Origin: an uncultured Gemmatimonadales bacterium
GTDB taxonomy: Bacteria; Gemmatimonadota; Gemmatimonadetes; Gemmatimonadales; GWC2-71-9
Reading direction: 5' to 3'
DNA length: 64,000 bases
Assembly: GCA_965652025.1 (NCBI GenBank)
Contig: CBFGTM010000012.1
Coordinates: 8,992 to 72,991, forward strand
Shown here: piece by piece, positions 19,542-28,888 of the stretch
Position numbering within the stretch: position 1 is the stretch's first letter
Layout of the letters: each line of letters begins with the position of its first letter
Made by a program: the position numbers and the translations under genes
Notes under the pieces: generated by a model
Told to the model about the DNA's origin: nothing
Seen by the model: only the letters and a program-made list of their open reading frames with translations
The model's database searches: none

Positions 19542-20825
19542 ATGTCGCGCAGAACAAAGGTATGGACGGTTGTCGGCATTGTGGTCCTGGCAGTTGCCGG
19601 GCTAGTCGCCTTTCGAGTCTACCGGCAAAAAAACCGCGCCACCGAGGTCCGACTGGAGGAAGTCAGCCGGCGCGACCTGGTCAGCTCGGTGACGGCCAGC
19701 GGAAAGATCGAAGCCAAGACGTCAGTCGACATCAGCGCGGACATCACTGGCCGGATCATCGATATCGCGGTGCGCGAGGGGGATCTCGTCAAGAAAGGGC
19801 AGTTTCTGCTGCAGATCGATCCGGCTCAGTACCAGGCAGCCGTGGCGCGGGCGCAGGGCGTGGTGGCCTCCACCCAGGCGGTGCTGGTGCAGACCCGGGC
19901 TACCCGGGACCAGGCCCAGCGGGCCTGGAATCGCGCCCACCAGCTGACCCAGCTGGGTAAGGATCTGATCGCCCCCGAGGCCGTCGAGCAGGCCCAGACG
20001 GCGTTTGACGTGGCCGAGGCCACCTATCAGTCCACGCGGGCCCAGCTGGAGCAATCACGAGCCAGTCTGCAGGAGGCCAAGGACAATCTGGCCAAGACCC
20101 GGCTCACCGCACCGATGAGCGGTCGGGTGGTTCGCCTGGCGGTCGAAGAAGGTGAGGTGGCGGTCCCGGGCACTTTCTCCCGGGAGACCGGGCTACTGAT
20201 GACGGTTGCCGACTTGTCGGTGATCCTGGCCAAGGTCCAGGTCGATGAGACCGATGTGGTGCGGCTCAAGCAGCGCGACTCAGTGGAGGTGACGATCGAC
20301 GCCTATCCCGACACCACGTTCTGGGGCGACGTGAGCAAGATCAGCCACAGTGCCAAGCTCACGCCCACTGAAACGGCATCGGGTTCTACCGATCGGGCGG
20401 TCGACTTCGATGTGGAGATTACGCTGCGCAAGCCTCCCCCGGACATCCGCCCCGACCTCAGCTGCACGGCGCGGATCATCACCGACACCCGGGACCGGGC
20501 AGTCAGCATTCCGATCATCGCGCTGACGGTGCGGGAGCACGAGAAGGTCCCCAACGAGGCTGAGGGGGCGCCGGCCATAGACACGCTGCGGGCCCGCTTC
20601 AAGAAGCGGGAGGCGGAGGGCGTCTTCGTGGTCCGGAACGGCGTCGCCACCTTTCGGCCGGTCAAGACCGGAGTTGCCGGTGAAGAGTACTTCGAGGTGG
20701 TTGACGGCTTGAGAGAGGGCGAGACCATCGTCGCAGGCACCTACCAAGCCATTCGCGATCTCAAGGACGGCGCCAGGGTCCGCCAGGCGGACACCACCAA
20801 GGCGCGGGAGACGAAGGCCTCGTAA
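19542..20825 (+). CDS. Efflux transporter periplasmic adaptor subunit (HlyD/MacA-like membrane fusion protein)
   Basis: 427 aa. It has an N-terminal TM, a lipoyl-like motif (GRIIDIAVREGDLVKKGQFLLQIDP), a coiled-coil hairpin, and LTAPMSGRVVRLAVEEGEVAVPG. Confidence 0.85.
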   Translation: MSRRTKVWTVVGIVVLAVAGLVAFRVYRQKNRATEVRLEEVSRRDLVSSVTASGKIEAKTSVDISADITGRIIDIAVREGDLVKKGQFLLQIDPAQYQAAVARAQGVVASTQAVLVQTRATRDQAQRAWNRAHQLTQLGKDLIAPEAVEQAQTAFDVAEATYQSTRAQLEQSRASLQEAKDNLAKTRLTAPMSGRVVRLAVEEGEVAVPGTFSRETGLLMTVADLSVILAKVQVDETDVVRLKQRDSVEVTIDAYPDTTFWGDVSKISHSAKLTPTETASGSTDRAVDFDVEITLRKPPPDIRPDLSCTARIITDTRDRAVSIPIIALTVREHEKVPNEAEGAPAIDTLRARFKKREAEGVFVVRNGVATFRPVKTGVAGEEYFEVVDGLREGETIVAGTYQAIRDLKDGARVRQADTTKARETKAS

Positions 20826-22066
20826 TGCGGCTGCTGGAAGCCATCTGGATGGCGCTGCGAACGATCCGGACGCAGAAGCTGAAAAGTTTCTTCTCCCTGA
20901 TCGGGGTGCTCATCGGGGTCACCTTTCTGATTGCCGTGGTCTCCATCGTCCAGGGTATGAACCGGTACATGGAGGATCGGTTCGCTAACACCCTGGTGGG
21001 CGCCAACACTTTCCAGCTGCGGCAGCGGCCCTACATCACCACCGGCAATGTCCCCGACGACGTGTGGCTCGCCTGGCGCCGCCGCCCCCGGATCACCTAC
21101 TCCGACGCCGCCTACGTGCGTGAGCGGGTGAAAACTCCTGCCACCTTTGCCAACTTCTGCGAGGACCGGGTGGCGCTGCACTACCAGGGGAGAATCGCCC
21201 GCGACGTCAATCTGGTGGGCACGGAAGACACCTACTTCCGGATCAAGAATTACGAGCTGGAAGCCGGACGGGCCTTCACCGCGCAGGAGGTGCGCACCTC
21301 CCAGCCGGTCCTGGTGATCGGAACCGAGGTCGCCCAGAAACTCCTGGCCGGGGTGGAGCCGCTGAACAAACAAGTCTTCATCGGCGGCATTCCTTACCGG
21401 GTGATCGGAGTGGTATCCCGGCAAGGAACGCTGTTCGGCATCTCGCTCGACAAGTTTGCCATCATGCCGTTCAGTGCCCCGGGCCGGCGCCTCATCTGCC
21501 CCATCAACATTCTCGATGCACTTATCGTGCAGACCGCCAACCCCGGGCAGATGCAGGTGGCGTTGGACGAGACCGAGGCCCTGATGCGCAGCCGCCGGCA
21601 GTTGAAGCCTTGGGAGGAAAGCAACTTTGCCTTTCAGACGGCGGAGGGGGCGCTGGGCAGCTGGGAAAAGATTTCACGGATTCTGTTCGTGGCACTCCCG
21701 GGGCTGGTGGCAATCTCGCTCGTGGTCGGCGGCATCGTGATCATGAACATCATGCTCATGGCGGTCAGCGAGCGGACTCGGGAGATCGGCATTCGCAAGG
21801 CGCTCGGCGCGCGCCGGCGGGACATTATGGCTCAGTTCGTGGTGGAGTCGGCAACCCTCGCCTCCGTCGGTGCGGCCCTCGGCATCGGACTCGGCATCGC
21901 GCTGGCATTTGTGGTCAAGGCCGTCACGCCGCTCCCGGCTGCGGTGGCCCCTTGGTCCATCGTGGTGGGCGTGGTGCTCGGCATGGCGGTCGGAATGGCG
22001 GCTGGGGTCTATCCCGCCAGCCGAGCCTCCCGCCTGGATCCGATCGTGGCCTTGAGGGCTGAATGA
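20825..22066 (+). CDS. ABC transporter permease, MacB/FtsX type (no ATPase domain)
   Basis: 413 aa. MacB_PCD-like N-terminal TM plus a periplasmic domain. C-terminal FtsX motifs: MAVSERTREIGIRKALGARRRDI ... PASRASRLDPIVALRAE. There is a 1-nt TAATG overlap with the adaptor gene. Confidence 0.85.
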   Translation: MRLLEAIWMALRTIRTQKLKSFFSLIGVLIGVTFLIAVVSIVQGMNRYMEDRFANTLVGANTFQLRQRPYITTGNVPDDVWLAWRRRPRITYSDAAYVRERVKTPATFANFCEDRVALHYQGRIARDVNLVGTEDTYFRIKNYELEAGRAFTAQEVRTSQPVLVIGTEVAQKLLAGVEPLNKQVFIGGIPYRVIGVVSRQGTLFGISLDKFAIMPFSAPGRRLICPINILDALIVQTANPGQMQVALDETEALMRSRRQLKPWEESNFAFQTAEGALGSWEKISRILFVALPGLVAISLVVGGIVIMNIMLMAVSERTREIGIRKALGARRRDIMAQFVVESATLASVGAALGIGLGIALAFVVKAVTPLPAAVAPWSIVVGVVLGMAVGMAAGVYPASRASRLDPIVALRAE

Positions 22067-23325
22067 CGCCGCGGCGGAAGTGGAGCTTTGTCTCCCGGAT
22101 GCTGGAAGGATCGGCCATCGCGCTCGACTCCATCCGGGCCAACAAGGTGCGCGCGGCTCTCACGATCCTTGGGGTTGCGATCGGCGTCACGGTGGTGATT
22201 GCAATGGGGTCGGCCATCACCGGCATCAACCGCAGCATTACCAGCATTCTGGAAGCGGCGGGGCCGAAAACGTTCTTCGTCCAGCGCTACTTCTCGGGAG
22301 GGCTCGAGGTCTCGGACGGATCGGATGAGCTCTCACCCTGGCGGCGGATGCCCTGGCTCACGGTCGAGGAGGCGCAGCTCATTCGGAGCTTGCCCACCGT
22401 TCGGGAGATAAACATCGGCGAGTACAGCCAGGGCCCGGTGAGCTTCGAGGGAGTGGAACTCAAGAGCGTAGACATGGCAGGCATGACCCCTACCTGGAAT
22501 CTGGTCAATGGGGGAGACATTCTCTCGGGACGTAACTTCACCAACATGGAGTACGCGGCGGGTGCTCGGGTCGTCATCATCAATGACAAGCTGGCCGAGT
22601 CGCTCTTCCCCCGGCGGGATCCGATCGGGAAGCGGATCAAGCTCTTCGGCGAGCCCTTCGAGGTCATCGGTCTCCACGCCGAGGCCGCCAGTCTGTTCAG
22701 CAACGCGGACGAGCCGAGACTTGCCATTCCCCATACCACCTTCACGAAGGTAGCCGACTATCAGAAGGGGTGGATGGAGATCGCGGTGCTCCCGACAGAC
22801 TCCGCCACCGTGCAGGAGGCCCAGGATCAGGTGGTGGCGGCGCTCCGGACCGAGCGGGGACTTCGACCCGGTGCTCCGGACAATTTTGCGGTCGTTACCC
22901 AAGACCGGGTGCTCGACACCTTCAACAAGATCACCGCCGCGTTCTTCATCGCGATGATCGTGCTGTCGAGCGTCGGCCTGATGGTCGGCGGCGTGGGCGT
23001 GGTGGCGATCATGATGATCTCGGTGACCGAGCGAACCCGAGAGATCGGAGTCCGCAAGGCGCTCGGCGCCACCCGGCGGGAGATCATGTTCCAGTTCCTG
23101 GTCGAGGCGGCGACGCTGACGCTGGTCGGGTGCGTGATCGGGATGGCGCTGGGCGCCCTCCTCGCCTGGGCAATCCGGTCCTTCAGCCCCATTCCCGCCA
23201 CCGTGCCGTTGGTGTCGGTGGTAGCCGCGGTGGCGGCGTCGATTCTTACCGGGGTGCTCTTCGGCCTCTATCCTGCCAACAAGGCATCGAAGATGGATCC
23301 GGTCGAAGCGCTGAGGTACGAGTAA
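22063..23325 (+). CDS. ABC transporter permease, MacB/FtsX type (second paralogue)
   Basis: 420 aa with the same architecture: ISVTERTREIGVRKALGATRREI ... PANKASKMDPVEALRYE. ATGA overlap with the preceding permease. Confidence 0.85.
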   Translation: MTPRRKWSFVSRMLEGSAIALDSIRANKVRAALTILGVAIGVTVVIAMGSAITGINRSITSILEAAGPKTFFVQRYFSGGLEVSDGSDELSPWRRMPWLTVEEAQLIRSLPTVREINIGEYSQGPVSFEGVELKSVDMAGMTPTWNLVNGGDILSGRNFTNMEYAAGARVVIINDKLAESLFPRRDPIGKRIKLFGEPFEVIGLHAEAASLFSNADEPRLAIPHTTFTKVADYQKGWMEIAVLPTDSATVQEAQDQVVAALRTERGLRPGAPDNFAVVTQDRVLDTFNKITAAFFIAMIVLSSVGLMVGGVGVVAIMMISVTERTREIGVRKALGATRREIMFQFLVEAATLTLVGCVIGMALGALLAWAIRSFSPIPATVPLVSVVAAVAASILTGVLFGLYPANKASKMDPVEALRYE

Positions 23326-23402
23326 GGCCGGACAGCCGCAATCCCCTGCAGTGTGCAAGCCAACCAGTCAGCAGCATCTCCTGTGCTCCCCAAGGAGGCA
23401 TT

Positions 23403-24299
23403 GTGCGAGCACAGATCCTAGTGATTGGGCTGCTCCAGGCGGCCCTGCTGATGGCGTGTGACCGTTCCCAAACCCGGTCCGAGTCGACTCCCGATCGGCC
23501 CGGCACGGTTGATCAGGCCAAATCCGCCAGTCCGGTGGCCCTGGGAAATGTGGGTGAACGACCTAGGTCGGATACTCAGCCCTCGGCTCAAGCCGAGGAG
23601 GTCGAAACCTGGGCCCGGCCGACCGGTTGGGATACCGGCTCCCGTCTCATTGTACGCACAGGGCAGGCCAGCATCGAGGTTGACTCGCTCGAAACCTCAA
23701 TGGCCGCGTTGAGGCAGATCGTTCAGCGAGTGGGAGGGTTTGTGGCGGATGCCTCGATACAGAGTGGTCGGAATCAGATCCGTTCGGCGACGCTGCAGCT
23801 GAAAGTGCCGGCGGCCCGCTTCGACGACCTTACTGAAGGGCTGAGGCCACTCGGCCGGCTGCAGTTCGTCAACGTCGGCGCCGAGGACGTAAGTGAGGAG
23901 TTCGTGGATCTCACAGCGCGGGTAGCGAACGCTCGCCGGATGGAAGAGCGGCTGGTAGAAATCCTTCGAACCCGCACCGGGAAACTGCAGGACGTGCTCT
24001 CCGTTGAGCGTGAGATTGCGCGGGTGCGAGAGGAGATCGAGCGAATGGAGGGCCGGGTGCGTTTTCTCAAGGCCAGCGCCCAGCTCAGCACCCTTTCGGT
24101 CAACCTCTACGAGCCGGCTCCTCTAGTGGCAACTCATCCGGGCCGGAACGTGATCGGCGAAGCATTCAAGACTGCCTGGCGGAACTTCGTGGGCGTGTTA
24201 GCGGGTGTGATTGCCTCCCTGGGTTTCGTGGTCCCAGTTCTGGTATTCAGCTGGGGAGCGGTAATGGTAGCGAAGCGGTACCGGCGAAAGATGGCATGA
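23403..24299 (+). CDS. DUF4349-like lipoprotein (coiled-coil region, C-terminal TM helix)
   Basis: GTG at 23403 is preceded by AAGGAGG at a 6-nt spacing. N-terminus VRAQILVIGLLQAALLMAC (lipobox). A central coiled coil (ARVANARRMEERLVEILR ... EIARVREEIERMEGRVRFL) and a C-terminal TM (VLAGVIASLGFVVPVLVFSWGAVMV) follow. The first ~210 codons of the listed ORF overlap the permease in another frame. Confidence 0.65.
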   Translation: MRAQILVIGLLQAALLMACDRSQTRSESTPDRPGTVDQAKSASPVALGNVGERPRSDTQPSAQAEEVETWARPTGWDTGSRLIVRTGQASIEVDSLETSMAALRQIVQRVGGFVADASIQSGRNQIRSATLQLKVPAARFDDLTEGLRPLGRLQFVNVGAEDVSEEFVDLTARVANARRMEERLVEILRTRTGKLQDVLSVEREIARVREEIERMEGRVRFLKASAQLSTLSVNLYEPAPLVATHPGRNVIGEAFKTAWRNFVGVLAGVIASLGFVVPVLVFSWGAVMVAKRYRRKMA

Positions 24300-24336
24300 A
24301 CTGTTCACGGTTCACCGGTTCCGCTTTATTTGGCCG

Positions 24337-25053
24337 ATGCCAGTCGACATTCTCGCCATTGCCGCGCACCGGGACGACGTCGAGCTCACCTGTGCCGGCA
24401 CCCTGCTCAAGGCCGTGGATGCGGGCTATTCGGTTGGTATTCTGGATCTAACAGCGGGAGAGACAGGAACCCGGGGCAGCGCCTCGCTCCGCGCCGAGGA
24501 GGCGGAGCGCGCCGCAAAGATTCTCGGGGTTAGGGAGCGCCGCAACGCCGGATTGCCCGACGCCCATCTTCAGAACTCGGATGAGGCTCGTGCGGCTATC
24601 GTCGCCCATATCAGGCACTTCTCCCCGCGAGTGGTCATCCTCCCCTTTCCAGTCGGGCGCCACCCAGACCACCGGGTGGCCTCCGAGTTAGGCCGCGACG
24701 CCAGCTTCCTCGCTGGACTCGACCGGTACGATGCCCCGGGCACGGCCCACCGCCCTCACAAGCTGCTGTATGCCCTGTCCTACCGGGAGGATCCGGTGAA
24801 GCCCACCTTCGTGGTAGACATCAGCGCGCAGTTCGATCGCAAGCTCGCGGCCATCAAATGCTACGCCAGTCAGTTCGACGGCGCTAAGGCCGCAGGCGAG
24901 ATCTTCCCTACCGGCCAAGACCTCTACTCCCTGGTCGAAACCCAGAATGCCCACTACGGCTCTTTGATTCGCCAGCGCTACGGCGAGCCTTTCTTTACCC
25001 ATGAGACGATGGAAGTGGACGACGTCGTGAAGTTGGGGGTCAGAAGCATTTAG
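24337..25053 (+). CDS. PIG-L/LmbE family N-acetylglucosaminyl deacetylase, BshB1-like
   Basis: 238 aa. ILAIAAHRDDVELTCAGTLLK ... LDLTAGETGTRGS ... RAEEAERAAKILGV matches the BshB1/LmbE pattern (AHPDD, GE.G). Confidence 0.7.
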   Translation: MPVDILAIAAHRDDVELTCAGTLLKAVDAGYSVGILDLTAGETGTRGSASLRAEEAERAAKILGVRERRNAGLPDAHLQNSDEARAAIVAHIRHFSPRVVILPFPVGRHPDHRVASELGRDASFLAGLDRYDAPGTAHRPHKLLYALSYREDPVKPTFVVDISAQFDRKLAAIKCYASQFDGAKAAGEIFPTGQDLYSLVETQNAHYGSLIRQRYGEPFFTHETMEVDDVVKLGVRSI

Positions 25054-25092
25054 GGGGAACCGGGACCCCGAAAACCGCGCTATCTTCCTGTC

Positions 25093-26274
25093 ATGAAGCA
25101 GCCCGTCTACCTCGACCATGCCGCCACTACCCCAGTGAGACCGGAGGTACTGGACGCCATGATGCCGTACCTGACCGAGCAGTCCTTCGGGAATCCGTCC
25201 AGCGCCCACCGGTTCGGGCGGGCCGCGCGGGCGGGAGTCGAGCAGGCGCGACGGCAGATCGCGGAAGCACTTGGGGCCGAACCCAGCCAGGTGATCTTCA
25301 CCTCTGGCGGAACCGAAGCCGACAACCTGAGCATCGTTGGCGCCGCGCTGGCAGCGAAAGAGCGGGGCGCGGCGATGTGCGCGGCAGTCTCCGCCATCGA
25401 GCACAAGGCCATTCTTGCTGCCGCTCATGCGGTATGCCACCTCGGCGGCCGCGAGGTCCTGCTTCCGGTGGACGGGGCCGGAGTGCTGGACCTCGATGCG
25501 CTAGACGCCGCGCTGGCCGAGTTGCCCTCGGTGATATCGGTCATGTGGGTCAACAACGAGGTTGGAGTGGTCCAACCGGTAGCGGAGATCGCGGAGCGTT
25601 GCCGGGCGGCCAATGTCATCTTCCACACCGATGCAGTGCAGGCGATCGGGAAGCTCTCGGTGTGGCTCAAGGATGTGTGCTGCACGCTGCTCACTATCTC
25701 CGGCCACAAGATCGGGGCTCCGAAGGGGATCGGGGCTCTCATCGTTCGGGATCGCAAGGCGGTGGAGGCCATCCTCCATGGCGGCGGCCAACAGTTCGGC
25801 ATCCGGCCAGGAACCGAAAACGTCGCCGGTGCAGTGGCCCTGGGCCGAGCCACACAGCTTGCGGTCGCCGAACAGTCTTCGGTGGCGGAGCGGGTCTGCG
25901 CGCTGCGGAATGAGCTGGCATCGAGACTCCAGGCGGCGATTCCCGATCTCGTGATCAACGCGGAGTCGAGCGCGCGCGCTCCTCACCTGCTCAGCGTGGC
26001 GGTGCAGGGCGCCGATAGCGAGGCCCTGCTCATGCACCTGGACCTGGCGGGTGTAGCGGCATCCAGCGGATCGGCCTGCTCCACCGGGGCCGTCGAGCCA
26101 TCTCACGTGTTGGTGGCCATGGGGGTTCCGCGCGAGCTGGCACTAGGCACCATTCGGTTCAGCTTCGGCCGGGAGAGCAGCCTGGCGGACGTCGAGCGCG
26201 CAGCCGAGGTATTTCCGTCGGTGGTAGCCAAAGTGCGGAAGCTAGCCGGCGTGCTGGGGCGGGCTGCTCAATGA
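25093..26274 (+). CDS. Cysteine desulfurase (NifS/IscS class, PLP-dependent)
   Basis: 393 aa. Motifs: [32 protein letters not shown] lysine motif [14 protein letters not shown], and active-site SSGSACS. Confidence 0.9.
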   Translation: MKQPVYLDHAATTPVRPEVLDAMMPYLTEQSFGNPSSAHRFGRAARAGVEQARRQIAEALGAEPSQVIFTSGGTEADNLSIVGAALAAKERGAAMCAAVSAIEHKAILAAAHAVCHLGGREVLLPVDGAGVLDLDALDAALAELPSVISVMWVNNEVGVVQPVAEIAERCRAANVIFHTDAVQAIGKLSVWLKDVCCTLLTISGHKIGAPKGIGALIVRDRKAVEAILHGGGQQFGIRPGTENVAGAVALGRATQLAVAEQSSVAERVCALRNELASRLQAAIPDLVINAESSARAPHLLSVAVQGADSEALLMHLDLAGVAASSGSACSTGAVEPSHVLVAMGVPRELALGTIRFSFGRESSLADVERAAEVFPSVVAKVRKLAGVLGRAAQ

Positions 26275-27329
26275 ACCCGCGCGTGCTCGTCGCCATGTCC
26301 GGCGGGGTGGATAGCTCGGTGGCGGCAGCCCTGCTGGTCGAGCAGGGATACAACGTCGTGGGCGCCACGATGAAGCTCTTCTGCTATGGCGACGAGGTGC
26401 CGGATCGCCCCTGCTGCTCATTGGATTCGATCAACGATGCCCGCGACGTCGCCGCCGCGCTGGGAATTCCGCACTACGTGCTGAATCTGGAGGACCGCTT
26501 CAATCTCCACGTCATCCAGAACTTCGTGAGCGAATACAGCCGGGGTCGAACTCCGATCCCCTGCGTCCGCTGCAACTCCTTCACCAAGTTCCGGGACCTG
26601 TTGGCCCATGCCGACGCGCTGGACTGCGATTACATCGCAACCGGCCACTACGCCATCGCCGAGCAGGGGGCGCTCTACCGGGCGAGCGACCGAAGTAAGG
26701 ACCAGAGCTATTTCCTGTGGGGGATAGACCGGGCGGTGGTCGCGCGCATGCTGACGCCGGTAGGCGGACTCAGCAAGGCTGAGACTCGGACCTATGCCCG
26801 GCGACTGGGACTCACGACCGCTGATAAGCAGGAATCAGTCGAGATCTGCTTCGTTCCCAATGACGATTATGCGTCCGTCCTGGAGCGCCATCTCCCGCCG
26901 GACGCACCCGCGCTGACGCCGGGGCCTCTGGTCACCACCGGCGGAGAAGTGATCGGAGAGCACCTCGGCTATGCCCGGTACACGATTGGACAGCGAAAGG
27001 GACTCCCCGGCGGAGGCGGCAGAGCGCGCTACGTAGTGGCGATCCACCCGGACCGCCGTGAGGTCGTGGTAGGAGGAGTGGAAGACCTAGCCGGTCACCG
27101 GGTGGAGCTCGAGGAAGTCAACTGGCTAACCAACCCGCTCGAGCCCGGCGAGCAGTGTGAGGTGCAAATCCGTCATCGAGCCCGCGGAGCGCCGGCGACC
27201 GTGCTGGAGCGCAGGGCCGATCGGCTCACCTTGGCACTCGATGTTCCGGTCCGCGCAATCACCCCGGGCCAGTCAGGAGCGCTCTATGGCTCCGGAGACC
27301 GGCTGCTGGGTGGCGGCGTGATCACCTGA
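26271..27329 (+). CDS. mnmA: tRNA 2-thiouridine(34) synthase MnmA
   Basis: 352 aa. PP-loop [62 protein letters not shown] overlap with the desulfurase gene. Confidence 0.92.
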   Translation: MNPRVLVAMSGGVDSSVAAALLVEQGYNVVGATMKLFCYGDEVPDRPCCSLDSINDARDVAAALGIPHYVLNLEDRFNLHVIQNFVSEYSRGRTPIPCVRCNSFTKFRDLLAHADALDCDYIATGHYAIAEQGALYRASDRSKDQSYFLWGIDRAVVARMLTPVGGLSKAETRTYARRLGLTTADKQESVEICFVPNDDYASVLERHLPPDAPALTPGPLVTTGGEVIGEHLGYARYTIGQRKGLPGGGGRARYVVAIHPDRREVVVGGVEDLAGHRVELEEVNWLTNPLEPGEQCEVQIRHRARGAPATVLERRADRLTLALDVPVRAITPGQSGALYGSGDRLLGGGVIT

Positions 27330-27740
27330 GTGGCCGTGCGCTCCCTGCTGCTGCACTGGATCCTGAACGCCGCTGCGCTGTGGGTAGCCGCGGCCCTGAT
27401 CCCTGGCCTCGACTTCACCGGCGGACCCGGCCGCCTGCTACTGGTGGCGGCGGTGTTTGGTGTAGTCAACAGCACGATCCGTCCGCTCCTCACCATACTC
27501 ACTTGCCCGCTCATCGTGGTGACGCTGGGGTTGTTCACCCTGGTCATCAACGCGCTCATGCTTCTGCTGACCGGGTGGTTGTCGGCAAGCTGGAATCTGG
27601 GCTTCAGCGTGAGTGGCTTCTGGTCGGCGTTCTTCGGGGGCTTGGTGGTGGGGTTGGTGAGTACGATTCTTTCGCTGGCACTGGCGCCGAAAGAGTCACG
27701 AGTCGCGAGCCGCGAGTCTAGGCCGCCGCATCAATTCTGA
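27330..27740 (+). CDS. DUF360 / phage-holin-family-4-like small membrane protein
   Basis: 136 aa with four TM helices. LLHWILNAAALWVAAALIPGL ... NSTIRPLLTILTCPLIVVTLGLFTLVINALMLLLT is typical of the family. The gene starts directly after the mnmA stop. Confidence 0.7.
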   Translation: MAVRSLLLHWILNAAALWVAAALIPGLDFTGGPGRLLLVAAVFGVVNSTIRPLLTILTCPLIVVTLGLFTLVINALMLLLTGWLSASWNLGFSVSGFWSAFFGGLVVGLVSTILSLALAPKESRVASRESRPPHQF

Positions 27741-27788
27741 TCGGATCCTTCGATATTCCTGACTCTCGACTCGTAACTCGCGACTAGT
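27692..27788. repeat. Long imperfect inverted repeat built from GAGTC/GACTC-containing heptamers at the convergent DUF360/dnaJ junction
   Basis: Left arm AGAGTCACGAGTCGCGAGCCGCGAGTCTAGG (27692-27722). Right arm CCTGACTCTCGACTCGTAACTCGCGACTAGT (27758-27788). Hand pairing gives about a 30-bp stem with ~6 mismatches. Confidence 0.7.
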
Positions 27789-28887
27789 ATTTCAGCCCGG
27801 CCGACTCGGCGAACTTTTTCATCAGCTCCTGCTGCTCGGGGCTGAGCTGATCCGGAACCGTGACCTGGACTCCCACCAGCTGATCTCCCCTCCGCCCGTT
27901 CTTTTCCAGGCCCTGTCCCTTGATGCGGAACCGCCGCCCCGGTTGGGTGCCGGGAGGTATCCGCAGCAGCACTTTTTTCCCATCTAGCGTCCGAACCCGA
28001 AGCCGGGTGCCCAGTGCCGCCTGGACGACGTTGATGGGGACATCGGCCACGATATCGAGTCCCTCGCGGCGGAAGAAACGGTCGGGCTGAACCTGGAAAG
28101 TGATTACCAGATCCCCCGCGGGAGTCCCCTGCCCATTCCCCTGCCCCTGCCCTCGCAGCAGGACCCGGTCTCCCGTTTCGGTCGCTGGTGGCACCGTAAT
28201 GGTGACCCGGCGCTCGGTCCGGACCTCGCCCGCGCCCCGGCAGGTGGGACAGGGCTGGGAGGGGATCCTGCCTCGCCCCCGGCACTGGGGACATGGGCGG
28301 TTGACCGCAAAGTTCCCCTGCCCGAAGGAGATGGTACCCCGGCCGCTGCACTCCGGGCAGGTTGACCAGGTGGCCCCGGGGGCGCCTCCGCTGCCACTGC
28401 AGGTGGGGCAGGTTTCGGTAATTGGAAGGGTGACCGGCACTTTCCCTCCCAGCATGGCGACGCGGAAGGGGACCTCGACCACCGCTTCCAGAGTATCGCC
28501 CCGCGTCTCCTCCCGGCGGCCTCCCCGGCCGAAGATGGAGGAAAAGATGTCCCCCAGTCCGCCGAGATCACCAAACTCGAAGGACTGGCCACCAGTATCG
28601 CCGAAGCCGGGACCACTGCCGCGACCGGCACCCGCCCCCTGCGGCCGGCGTGGCATTCCGTCGAACGCCCCGTAGCGACGCATCTGGTCGTACTGCTTTC
28701 GCTTTTCGGCATCCGACAGGGTGCTGTGCGCCTCCGAGACCTCCTTGAAGCGCTCAGCAGCCTTGGGGTTGTTGGGATTGGCATCCGGGTGGTACTGCTT
28801 GGCCAGCCGGCGGTAGGCCTTTTTTATGTCCTCTTGGCTGGCCGAATCGGGGACGCCGAGGACCTGATAGAAGTCCCTGGCGGCCAC
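27784..28887 (-). CDS. dnaJ: Molecular chaperone DnaJ (J domain, G/F region, CxxCxGxG zinc fingers)
   Basis: 367 aa with a GTG start. [31 protein letters not shown]; [32 protein letters not shown]. Confidence 0.95.
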   Translation of the reverse strand: MAARDFYQVLGVPDSASQEDIKKAYRRLAKQYHPDANPNNPKAAERFKEVSEAHSTLSDAEKRKQYDQMRRYGAFDGMPRRPQGAGAGRGSGPGFGDTGGQSFEFGDLGGLGDIFSSIFGRGGRREETRGDTLEAVVEVPFRVAMLGGKVPVTLPITETCPTCSGSGGAPGATWSTCPECSGRGTISFGQGNFAVNRPCPQCRGRGRIPSQPCPTCRGAGEVRTERRVTITVPPATETGDRVLLRGQGQGNGQGTPAGDLVITFQVQPDRFFRREGLDIVADVPINVVQAALGTRLRVRTLDGKKVLLRIPPGTQPGRRFRIKGQGLEKNGRRGDQLVGVQVTVPDQLSPEQQELMKKFAESAGLKY

Positions 28888-28888
28888 G

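Noticed and set aside
22333-23358. 341-aa minus-strand ORF antisense to the second FtsX permease
   Set aside because: It has an Arg/His/Gly/Asp-rich composition and no motifs. It is fully antisense to a gene with unmistakable FtsX signatures.
22770-23402. N-terminal ~210 codons of the listed ORF 22770-24299
   Set aside because: They overlap the permease in another frame and are Arg/Gly/Pro-rich. A GTG with a strong AAGGAGG RBS at 23403 starts a lipoprotein signal peptide, so only 23403-24299 is credible.
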